NCBI GenBank assembly: GCA_964016885.1 | Contig: OZ024750.1 | Span: 6,758,001-6,822,000 of the forward strand | Source: Eledone cirrhosa | Taxonomy: Eukaryota | Length of the DNA stretch: 64,000 bases | Reading direction: 5' to 3' | Part shown: positions 1-12,800 of the stretch, piece after piece | Position numbering within the stretch: the stretch's first letter is position 1 | How the letters are laid out: every line of letters begins with the position of its first letter | Position numbers and translations under genes: made by a program | Notes under the pieces: generated by a model | The model's input: the letters and a program-made list of their open reading frames with translations, nothing else | Databases searched by the model: none | Told to the model about the DNA's origin: nothing

Positions 1-309
1 TGCAAAACAAGATTGTATTTCATTGTATTTTGTTGAAAATATCTTTTGAAACTGAAACAACTTAACCCTCTTGTTACCATATTTCTAATGAAAGACTGCC
101 ATTTTCAATAAGTTTTAATAATATTGAAGAATTTCAAGGGATTTGATGAAATAACTAACTTTCTCATTATTAACCCTTTAGTTACCAGCCTGGGCAAAAG
201 TGGTTCTGGTTCTATGATTTTTAAAAATATCTTTTATTTCTTGTGTATTTATATATATAAATCTCATAGCTGTCTTTCTGACTTAGTATTTTCTTTATTA
301 TCATTACAG

Positions 310-519
310 CTGGCGTTGACTACATCACAGTTGATAAAGTACTCACCTTCCCACCAGGTGTCACTTATCAGAAAGTCCAGGTGACTATTTTAGATGACAA
401 AGGCCAGCCATTGGTCGAAGGAATGGAAGCATTTGCATTATCCCTCTACATGCCAATGGGTGCCGTTCTTGGAGACCCAAGTTCTACAATAATATCCATT
501 AATGATTCTATTTCAGACT
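310..519 (+). CDS. FREM2: FREM2-like exon 1 in window (Calx-beta)
   Basis: ttacag|CT GGC GTT GAC TAC ... TCA GAC T|gtaagc; [17 protein letters not shown]...INDSISD. Confidence 0.9.
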
Positions 520-1295
520 GTAAGCAATATTTTATTCATTTCCCTTTCGTTAATGAGTATCCAATTAACATACATTTTAATAATTTAAACAGTTCCTTTT
601 TTTTTCTTTTGTTAATACAAGGAAGATTGAACAGTAAGAATTTTGTCTTGATATTTCTCCATTTTTTTTTTTAATTAGTACCCACAATGCAATTCAAGCA
701 GACAGAGCTAGTCGTTGATGAAAATGAAAACCTTGTATCTGCCACTATTGTTCGTAGTGGAGATATTAGCCATGCTTCAACAATCCGATGCTACACACGA
801 CAGGGAACAGCTCTTATGATGATGGATTTCTATGAAAGACCCAACAGTAATGTTTCAATTATCAAATTTGATCCAGGTAAGTTTTTGAAATTAACTCTTT
901 CTGAACCTAGATATTGTTTTAACTGTGCTGGCACTGCTATCAGCATAAAGAAAATATAAAATATGAAGAGAATTGACCAAGTAATGATCCTGGTTTTATT
1001 TAAGCCATGGATCAACTTTTATTGTGGAGAATGTTGTATTGCAGATTTAGGATTTGAAACATGTGGTCTCCATTTTATGTTGAAATAGCATGGATGAATG
1101 ATTAAGAAACTCATTTTGTAATCATTAGGATCTGTGTTTGATCCAACTGTGTGTCATCTTGGGCAAGTGTCATTTACCATAGCCTCAGGCTGACCCTAGC
1201 CTTGTGAGTGATACAATACTGTCGAGTTTATGTGATCTCTGCTGTATCCTGGCTTCAAACTTTGTTGATTGCTTTTATTTGTTTCATCATCATTG

Positions 1296-1341
<46 letters not shown>

Positions 1342-4300
1342 TTTATGTTCTCTTTCCACACTGGTATGGGTTGGATGGGTTGTCACGGTCTGACAGGGCC
1401 TCCAAGATCAGTCCAAAGAATGGAAGAAGATATTCTTAAACTGATGACCCAGCTCAAATGTTTACAACAGAATGGACTCCATTAAAAGCAGCCAAAGGCC
1501 AGTGTTAATGGTAGTTTTAAAACTAGGTGACAGATTAAGTCAATCACCCAAGTAAGGCCCAGAAAGAATTAGGGAGATAGAAAATATTTGGATGTCCATC
1601 AAACAGACTGCAAATCAAAGGACCAACCTCATCACATATATTATGCTGAATCTCCCTGAGTATTACGTCATGGTTAAAGCAAATTATGTTAAGAGTTATT
1701 ATCAACGATTTACGTGGATGTTAAAAGTTAAACAGGCAGTGTAACCAAACAGAAGCACTAGTTTGACTTTCATATGCCTGCTGCTTACCGTATACTAAAA
1801 ATTCTTAATTAATTATGTAAATTAGCTTTGGCAGATTAACTTCTAATTGCATGAAATTATCTCCCTTTTTCTTTAGAAGTTGCTAAAAATTGCCACTAGG
1901 CTTTTGTTTTGTTTTTCCAAGTAAGACGGAAATTTTAATTAATTAGTAAATTTTTATGTATGACATTTTAACTTAATTATTCCCTCTCCTGCTATTGGAC
2001 CATTTCAGTTCTCTCAGTTCCTTATATTTAGGATTTTGCATCTTTTACTATCAAGTAGGTCAGATGTGCTTCAGTTCTTTAGTTTGTTTTAGCCATTATA
2101 GTAAAGTGTTATGGCCCTTTCCATTCTGAGTTCAAATCCCGCCGAGGTTAACTTTGCCTTTCATCCTTAGAGGGTCAATAGAATAAAGTACCAGTAATGC
2201 ACTGGGATAATTGCTGGCCTTGTGCCAAAAGTAGAAACAATTATAGTAAAGACTTTGTTGGAGCCCAGTTTAAAATACTGTCAAGTTTATGTGATCCCTT
2301 CTGTATTCTAGAGTCAAACATTGATGCTTGCTCCTGTTTGTTTCATCACCATCATCATCCATGGGTTGGATGGATTGTCGTGGTCTGACTGAGCCTCCAA
2401 GATCAGTCCAAAGAAGCAAGGAAGATATTCCTAAACTGATGGCCTAGCTCAAATGTTTACAAGAGTTGACTTCATTAAAAGCACCCAAAGATCAGGGTTA
2501 AGGGCAATGTTAAAACCAGGTGACAGATTACATCTACCATCCAAGTAAACCCCAGCAAAAATTTGAATACAAAGAGTTTAAACAAACACCTGATGGCATC
2601 TTATTCAATCTTCTATTAATTCTGTCCATCCACTACCCTGAAATATTACTTTATTTTATCAACCCCCAAAAGGATGAAAGGCATAAATGACTTTAACTTT
2701 GGTAGGATTTGAACTCAGAACACAAAGAACTGGAACAAATTATGCAAGAGGTTTTGTTCCTCTGCTGTAACAACTTCCAAATCACTACCATGATTTAAAT
2801 ACAAAACAATTAGACAACCAACTAAATTACTATTAAAGGAATCTAGTCCAACTTCCTACAGTCTGCGCCAATTACACTACCCTACAAACAAATTAGCTAT
2901 AAAACAAATAATTAGTTTAAAAAATTAATAGTTTAAACAAAAAGAATAAATGTATGGTTTTGTTCCAATTAAAAAATATAATAAAAAATCTCTTTCATTA
3001 CTGCTCATAATCAACACAATCATCATCATCATCATCATCATCATAGTCAAAGCCATAATCGTCATCATTGTTATTAGCAACGGTGTTATTAATAACTTTT
3101 CTTATTGGTACAAATAACAACTAGTTAATTAGTTTACATTTTCCTTGCTATCGTCTGAGAAGGAAAGATTGCTTTCCTGCACAACTTTGCCAAATACTGA
3201 GAGCTGTGAATACAGGAACTCAATTAAATTAAGTTACCAACTTCCTCTTGTGGAATTTACATTGAAAATAACAACAAAACAGCAATAAACATATCAGCAG
3301 CAGCAACAACAACAACAACAACAACAGCAGCAGCAGCAGCAGCAGCAGGAAATGCAATTATATGTTGTATAAAATATCCTTATATCTACCGTTATAGTAA
3401 ATTAAAGGAAAAGATGCAAACAACAACAGCAACAGTAGCAACAACAACAGTAGCAACAACAACAACAGCAGTATTAACAACAACAGCAATAGTAGCAACA
3501 ACAACAGCACTACAAGCCAATAAACAAGCCTTTCTGTGCTCACATGATTTGTTAGAAATAGCAACCAAACCCCCCTCTAATTACACCCCACTATCTGTAA
3601 AAAAAAAGAAGGACACATTGAAAAATATAATTCTAGTTACTCTATGTCTTGAAATGAACTGTTTAGGTAGTCATGGCTATAATACTTTCGATCATTTGTC
3701 TGGTCAATCAGACCTGACCTGGGGTTAAACAACAACAGTAATAATGGTTTCTGATTTAGGCACAAAGCCAGCAATTTGGTGGGAGGGTAAAGTCGATTAA
3801 ATCGACCCCAGTGTGTTGGAACAAACCAATCCATAGATAGGTAGAACTGAATAGTCTACACATTGGGAGCATAGCAAGATGACATGTGACTTATGAGGAT
3901 AGTCTATGATAGATTAATTCATAACACAATACTGTTTATCAGCAAGTCAATACATGGACAGAGACTCAGATTTGCTGGCCACTGTTGGCGCAGCAAGGAA
4001 GAAATAGCAGGTGATGTGTTGTTATGGAGTCCATCTCATGGAGCAAGAAACGCTGGTCATCCCAAGAAGACATACGTCAAGCAACTTGAGGACGATACTG
4101 GATGCACTGTGGAAGAACTGGCAAACGCTATGAGAGACAGAGATGGATGGCGGAAACGTGTCGTAGAAAGCCGAGCAAGCTCGACCTGATGATGATGATG
4201 AAACCTCTCTTACTAAATACTGACAACTCAGTATGAATTAGAAATTCAGATGGCAAAGCTAGACAGGATGAAATGGAGGGGAAACTTCGTCATGGCACTG

Positions 4301-6622
4301 GTAATGGATGTATAGAAGTAGACTAAAAATTAATTACATTGATATATATATTTACATATATATATATAATTACATTGATATATATATATATATTGATATA
4401 TATATATTTCAGGTGAGCGAGAGAAGCAGTGTGCTGTCAAATTAATGATACATTGATATATATTTATTTCAGGTGAGCGAGAGAAGCAATGTGCTGTCAA
4501 ATTAATGGGAGACCATATTCATGAAAAAGAAGAAGAATTTTATTTGGTCCTTGACAGCCCTTGGAGTCCATCACTGAAGAAGGCTAAAGTTGGCAGGAAG
4601 AATATTACAACAATTAGACTAACTGACCTTGCTGACAGTAAGTTCCTCAACCTTTATTTCATTTCATTTTAAGCTTTCTGTTATTGTAGTTTTAATGGAA
4701 GACACTGCCTATATATAGGGTTCTATTAATTTTGAAAATAATTTTAAAAATTGGTGGACGTTAGTACTATATCTTTCTCATTATTCCCCCTCAATATACA
4801 CGCACACATATATGTGTGTGTATATCATGACTATATACTGTTCACTTTCCTGACATTTGTACATTATTCTATGCACTATACATTCACCTTTGATAAGTTG
4901 TAGTGCACCTGAGCACTGTACACAATAATTCTCATTATATTATATATTATTAAGCAGATGCTCAGAGTATTACTGTATAAAAGGTTCTTGCCTAAAATTC
5001 TGATGAAAGGTTTTAATAATGAACACTTTTGTAAGTAGAAGTTTTGTTTCATAACACGAGATACAGATTCGATTGGGCTGGCATCAAAAGGGTTAATGTT
5101 GTTCTTTAATTATAATTATAAAAATCTTTTATATTTTTATATCTGCCTTTACTATATTATATGTGACTAACAGGTGGAGTCTTTCTTACCTGCAGACATA
5201 CAGGTGTAAAAGTTGTCTAATATTGACAATGACAAGTTATTTATATATTCAGATGTCTGACAAAATGTAGATTTATTGTAAGTTAATTTTGATGTATGTT
5301 ATTATTGCAATAAACTTAACCCTTTAGCATTTACATTCATCTATATTTACTATTATATTTTCATGGTAAAGACTTTACCTCATATAAATATCTCACATAA
5401 TATAGAATCTATGGGATTTTGATATTATTTATTTTGAGAACAGTACCTTAATATCAGTATGAGTGGCCGGTTATAGCTGATTTGAACAGAAAGAAATGAA
5501 AAAATTCTGGCCGGATATGGCCGGTTTAAATGCTAAAGGATTAAATAAAGTCTTCTGTATTAAAGATGATATGTCAAATTCTTGAAATACCTCATAGATG
5601 TTTCCTTTGATCAGTTATCTCCTTGTAATAAGTATGATAATGTAGAACTATACTCAGAACAAGATTTGTAAAATAAATCCATCAGCTATTATGTTTGTCT
5701 CTCTCTCTATCAGTTATGCCATCTTATACGAAGGTAAATGTCATTCATGTCTTCTTTTTTTTCAGAACCTGTTATCAAATTTGAAAACATTGAGTATTCT
5801 GTTAAAGAACCCTTTGAATATGGAGAAGTTGCATTTGTTCGAATCCCTGTGGCTCGCTATGGTGACCTAACCCAAACATCTGTGGTAATGGTCCATACAG
5901 AAGATGGCTCAGCAATAGCTGGAAGGGATTACAATGGAATATCTAGAGGTAATCTAGAATAATAACATGCCCCATGCCCATCCCTTCAATCTTTCTAATT
6001 TCTCCTTCTTTCTTCTGATGAAGGACTAGTGACCGAAACGTTAAGACCCTCTTTCTGCTATTTCAAGTGTTAAACTAATATACTCCTTCTATATAGTGTA
6101 CCAATTGCATGTTATTTCTGTTTACCTTTTACACATATATATATATATATGGGGAGGGGGGTTAAAGCTCTGTGAGTTTCAATGATGGATGTTCAATGGA
6201 ATTATTTATTGTATTATAGTGTAAGTGACTGAGTGATCTACAGATCCTTGTACCATTAACGTAATCCTCTTTATTCTATAAACCTTTATTGTATTATAAA
6301 CCTCATTTATATTATATATAAATTCTCACTGTTTCTGGCTGTTTCCATTGCAGAACTTGTCTTCAGTGTAAATGTCTCCCACAATGTCATAGAGATTGAA
6401 GTGTTGCACGATAACGAGAAAGAAATGAAAGAATTCTTCACTGTTCATCTAAGACCTGACCAGAACTTGGTGGCAGAAGTAAAGGTTAGTATTTCACATC
6501 TCACACAGTACGAGGGTCAACAGAAAAGTTTATAGGCTGACCAAGATACTCATGGAATGACCAAATGGGGTTTATTTTTCAACATACTGTTGTAGTGCTC
6601 CTGAGTACTGTACACAATAATT

Positions 6623-6659
<37 letters not shown>

Positions 6660-7534
6660 CATAGAGTACCAAGCTGGCCTTACCAAGAGACATCTGATCC
6701 ATATATATTTATATATATCACAGAAAAAAAGAGAATCAGTGTTGCGACGAATGGAATTTATTGGACATATTACAATCGTTTCTCTGGCTACCAGCTCAAG
6801 GCATGATCGATGTGATGATCGAACCTGACTCTGAAAATCGCAAGGTCCTCAGATACGTCTTGATTCGACGAAGCAGATTTTCCTAATCGATCGTGCCTCG
6901 AGCTGGTCGCCAGAGAAACTATTGCTGCTAAAGTAATGAGACTTATACTTAATTAAGTAATAGATGAAGTTTACTTTCTGACCCTCTTCTCACTTATTAA
7001 TTAATTGTATCATTTATTGTAGCAAAATAACCAAGCTTTTGTGTACATTGAAGAACGTAAGAAATTGGCTGATGTTACTTTTCCCACAAAACCTATTGTA
7101 ATATCACTGCGAGACTATGGAAAAGATATATTCAGGAAACCAATCCAAGGTTACCCCAGTATCTGTGTCACAGTATGTACAATCATTTCTTGACTTGTTG
7201 CAATCATATAAATCTAATGAGGTCTTTTTTTGTTTCTGTCATATCAGTTTATGATTTACTAATATATATAGGGCAGCAAATTGGTAGAGTGGTTAGAATG
7301 TTGGTTAGAAGAATATTTTGAGGTCTTTGTTTTGGTTCTCTTCTCTCTAGGTTAAAATCCTGCTGAGCTCATCTTTGCCTTTCATCCTTTCGAGGTCTTT
7401 GTCGTCATAAGTTACATATATATATATATGTATACATAAGGGTCACTTTGAGCCAATCCTCTGTGAAACACGCATAACAAGTCGATACGCAATAAATATT
7501 TTTCATATGTAAACGAAACTTCTTTGTTTTTTTC

Positions 7535-7572
<38 letters not shown>

Positions 7573-7638
7573 CATATAATATATATATATATATAATATA
7601 TACATATAATATATATATATATAATATATATATATATA

Positions 7639-7676
<38 letters not shown>

Positions 7677-8484
7677 GTTGACAAGTATATTAATGTGCAC
7701 AGACACACAGATATATTGCCCTTGGTATGACAATGTAGTTTTAGCTCAATGTAGGATAACTAGTATACTACAGAGCCGTTATAAGTATAGGAATAACCAA
7801 AGAGGGCTTAGAAATACATTGTTTTAAAAACAATGTATTTCTAAGCACTCTTTGGTTATTCCTAAACTTATATATATTATATATATATATATCATCATCA
7901 TCATCATCATCATTTTACGTCCGCTTTTCCCTGCTTGCAAGGGTGGGACGGGAACTGATTCTGGCTCAATTTCTACAGCTGGATGCCCTTCCTAACACCA
8001 ACCTCATTTACAGTGAGTGCTGGGTGCTTTTTTCCCGTGGCACCTCCACGACCACTTTGCAGTGGAATGATAGGGACTCCAGTCCCTATCATCTCATTTC
8101 TACAGCTGAGTAAACTGGAGCAATGTGAAATAAAGTGTCTTGCTCAAGGAAACAACACATCACCTGGTCTGAGAATTGAACTCACAACCTTTCGATTGCA
8201 AGGCCAATGCTCTAACCACTAAGCCATGTGCCTCCATATATATATATATATATGTGTCATTTATTTTTTATCATTTATTTTGTTATAACCTGTTTAGCTT
8301 GATTTGGTTTTGGCTTGGGTGGTTAATGCCTTCTTGACAACCTTTTCAGTTTTGTATGGCTTCTTAACACATTGTTTAGCTCTGGATTTTAACTATTGAA
8401 CACTTTGCCAGTATCATTTCTGATTTTTGCGTTTCGCTTCGCTTTTCCTGCCCGCCGAAATGCGATTCTCGCTGAATCTTTATT

Positions 8485-8551
<67 letters not shown>

Positions 8552-9198
8552 CAAAATATTAATAAATGAAGACAATCACATAATCAAAATATATGTTTTA
8601 TTATATATATTTCGAAGTTACTCTGCTGTTTTTTCAGTACGTCCTCATCAGATAAAATACATGAATATATGACATACCTCAACAGTCTTGATGGTTCAGT
8701 CCGCATATATGCATATATATATATATAAGAGAGAGAGAGTGAGAAAGAGGAAGAAAAGAGAGGGTGTGTGTGTGTGTAGGTTCTCTCTCTGCAAAATATA
8801 AAACAATACGACTAATTAGCAGAAGTAGCTGGTGGAATGGTAAACAAAAGAATAATGAGAATGTCTGTGAAAAAGAGGAAGCGATCAGAAATTCGATATT
8901 AAGAGGAGTGAGTCAGAGACTATAGATCTTAAAGTGTTAATGAGTCAGCTAGGAGGAGAAATGTCTAACATCTGATTAATCATTTATAATTATTACCTTA
9001 TATATGTATATATATATGTGTGTGTGTGTGTGTTTGTGTATATGTATGTATGTGGATCTATATATATGTGTATATGTATGTATGTGGATGTATTTATATA
9101 TGTATATATATATATAAATATATATACAGACATGTGTGTTTGTGTACATGTATGTATGCATATATATATGTACACATACATGTGTGTTTGTGTATATG

Positions 9199-9252
<54 letters not shown>

Positions 9253-9269
9253 CATATACACAAACACAC

Positions 9270-9319
<50 letters not shown>

Positions 9320-9548
9320 GCATACATATATATATATATATATGCATATATATATATGTATATATGTATGCACATATATATATATATATATATATCATTT
9401 ATATATATGTATATGTATATATGAATATATATATATATTGGATAGAAACGTTTTTTTGTAGTGTTTGTGGTTTAGGTCAAGGTAAGATGTGTAAGCTAGA
9501 GGGAGGTGAGAGGGGGAAGCTAGAATATAATATAATACAATAAACAAC

Positions 9549-9602
<54 letters not shown>

Positions 9603-9769
9603 CCTTCTTGTATTTGTTTTGAATTTAAATTTACAATGTAAAACTAAAACCTAAAAGACTGATTCATTTATAGTTACCTCCCCTTTCCAAACCACTCTCC
9701 TGCTTTCTTTGATAATTACTTATTCATTTACACTTATCTCTCTCGCCTTTTCTTACCCTATTTCTCTCT

Positions 9770-9808
<39 letters not shown>

Positions 9809-12800
9809 TCTCTTACTCACCATCTCTCTCCCTCTCCCTCACCCTCTCTCTCTCTCTCAATATATATATATTTGTTTCCCTTTTATTATTTGATTATCAC
9901 TGTATCATTTGCAGTTATCGCCTTCTCTCTCCCTCCCTTTCTCTCTCTTTTTGTTTCTATTTAAATCTCTCTCTCTCTCTCACTCTTTCTATTTAAATCT
10001 CTCTCTCTCTCTCACTCTTTCTATTTAATTCTCTTTCTCTCTCCCTCACACTGTTTCTATTTAATTCTCTCTCTCACACCGTCTCTGTTTTATTCTCTCC
10101 CCTCTCTCACCCCCTCACCTCAACCCTACCCCATCTCAATAAATCACTTGTTAGATATGCTGTACGCCAACAGCCCCTATTCCAAATATGGGGAACGTCT
10201 TTTTCCTTTTGTTTTTAACTAACTCAGTGGAATAATTATTTTTCCTCTCGTTTAATAAAATTTAGTAATCTCAACAAAAGCCTTTATTATATTATGTATG
10301 TGTATATGTATGTATGTATGTACATATGTATATGTTTGTTTGTGTGAGTGTATGTGTGTGTTCTTCCAGTTTGTAATTTATATGTATGTATATATATGTA
10401 TATATATATATGTATATATACATATATATATGTGTGTGTGTGTATGTATGCATGTATGTATATGTATATATATATATGTATATATACATATATATATGTG
10501 TGTATGTATATCTGTATGGCCTGCATTTATGTGTGTGTATGTATGTATGCATGTATGTATATGTATGTATCTGTGTGTGTCCTGCATCTATGTGTGTATA
10601 TATATATATATATATGTATATACATGATTTCTATTATATCAACATTAACCTATAACAAAATCTATTGAAGACATTCTTTTCTAAACATCCGAGTTCTCTT
10701 GTTTTATTCCTCTATATAAGCAACAACACTAAAGAAATATATCTATCATAAAGAAATATATATAAGCAACAACACTAAAGAAATATATCTATCATAAAGA
10801 AATATATATAAGCAACAACACTAATTTTCTCATTATCTCATTAAAGCCCCAATGATTCATCGCACCATAAAGCAGCGATGATTTATCAAATTTTGAAAAA
10901 CTTCTTTATTCTTTTATTACATTTTACTATCAGGGTTTGGGGTTGGCATCTGAGTTATATCTAATGACACCCTTAACAAAGCAACAGAATTTGTTAAGGC
11001 ATTGGATTAAATGTGTCAGTATTTGTTTGGGCTCACTGTGTTCTCTGTTCTGTGTTCAAATCCCACTTAGGTCATCTTTATTTTTTCTCCTTTCTTGCTC
11101 GGTAAATAAAGTTCCTGTTTAGAGTAGAAGACTAACTCGGATATGGTTAGCATGGCATGTGCCCGTGGGTGCCACATGAAGTGTGGTGCCTCCTTTTCAA
11201 CTAGCAGCACTTTCTATTAAAGTCAGATAAGCTATCGTCAGAGAGTGTTCGGTTCACTGTGTTCTGTGTTCAAATCCCACCTAGGTCATCTTTATTTTTT
11301 CTCGAATAACATGCTTTGAGGCATAGAGTTACGGCCCTTTACGTTCTGAGATCATAGCTCACCGAAGTTAGCTTTGCTTTTCTTCCTTACGGTATCGATA
11401 AAATAAAGTACCAGTAATGTACTGGGGTTGATTTTAATCGACTTTCCCCTCGCCCCAAATTGCTGGCCTTGTGCCTAAAGTGGAAACACATTATTATTAT
11501 TATTATGCTTTGCGGTGGATTGGCAGTATCGGTAGAGGGTCTGATGGCATGCTTTGCAGCATAGAGTTACGACCCTTTATGGTCTGAGTTCAAATCCTGC
11601 CGAGATTAACTTTGTTTTTCATCCTTACGTGGTTGATAAAATAAAGTACCAGTAATGTACTGAGTAATTGCTGGCCTTGTGCCAAAAGTAGAAACAATTG
11701 TTATTATATTTACTTTCTTTTCAGCCATGTAATCCAAGACATCCTGACTTTTCATCAAATAAAGAACTCTGTGAGAAAGAAAGCATCAATGATACATTGA
11801 CCAGATTCCGTTGGCGTATCTCTGCTCCAAGACATCCTGATGATATTCCTAGTGGTTTAAGTAATGTTGAAGCCAACACTTTCTTCACATCCACAAAAGG
11901 AATCGCATTAGACAGTATATATTTTGGACCAGGTAAAAATCTTAAATATATAGAATAATATACAAATGTTAGGGAAGTGAATAGTGTATGAGTCATGATA
12001 TACATGTGTGCGCGTGTATGGAGGGAGAATATTAGGCGTAGTGTTGGTGAATCTCAGGAAGCATGGAGGTTTTAAAGGATGCAGTGCCTCAATAGCTAAC
12101 AACTGATGCAGGTAGTTTGTTCCATGGAGATTTTAAAGGATGCAGTGCCTCGATAGCTAACAACTGATGCAGGTAGTTTGTTCCATGGAGATTTTAAAGG
12201 ATGCAGTGTCTCGACAGCTAACAACTGATGCAGGTAGTTTGTTCCATGCTTCAGCAACTCTGAGCATGAAAAAATGTTTCTGAAAGTCATGGGAGCTGTG
12301 TTGTTTTCTGACTTTGTTGGCATGCCCACGTGTGTTAGATACATTCACTTGATGAGCAAAAGACTAACCCACAACATTTTGATACCAGACTTAACATTAT
12401 CTGGGATTTAAAGAAATATTATTTCAATCCTTTACATACTGTTGCCCACTGTCTCCAAACATTCAGTCCCTCTCAGTAAGGGACTGGATATTTGGAAAGA
12501 GGGGTAATGCCAAGTATTTCTAAAAAATCTAAAATCTGTCTCAAGCCCAGAGCTTCATCAGACTGGTGCTTATCACGGATTTTGTGGTGTGAAGCGATTG
12601 AGAGTATAAGACTATCCTCTGGACAGGATGCTGGCTCATACTCATTTTCAGCTGAGTATACTGGAGCAACATGAAATTAAATGTCTTGCTCAAGAACTCA
12701 ACACACAACCCAGTCAAGAAATTAAACCCCCAACATTATGATCGTAAGTCCATCCCTCTTACGACTAAGCCTTACATTTCTTTAACCCTTTACCATTTAC

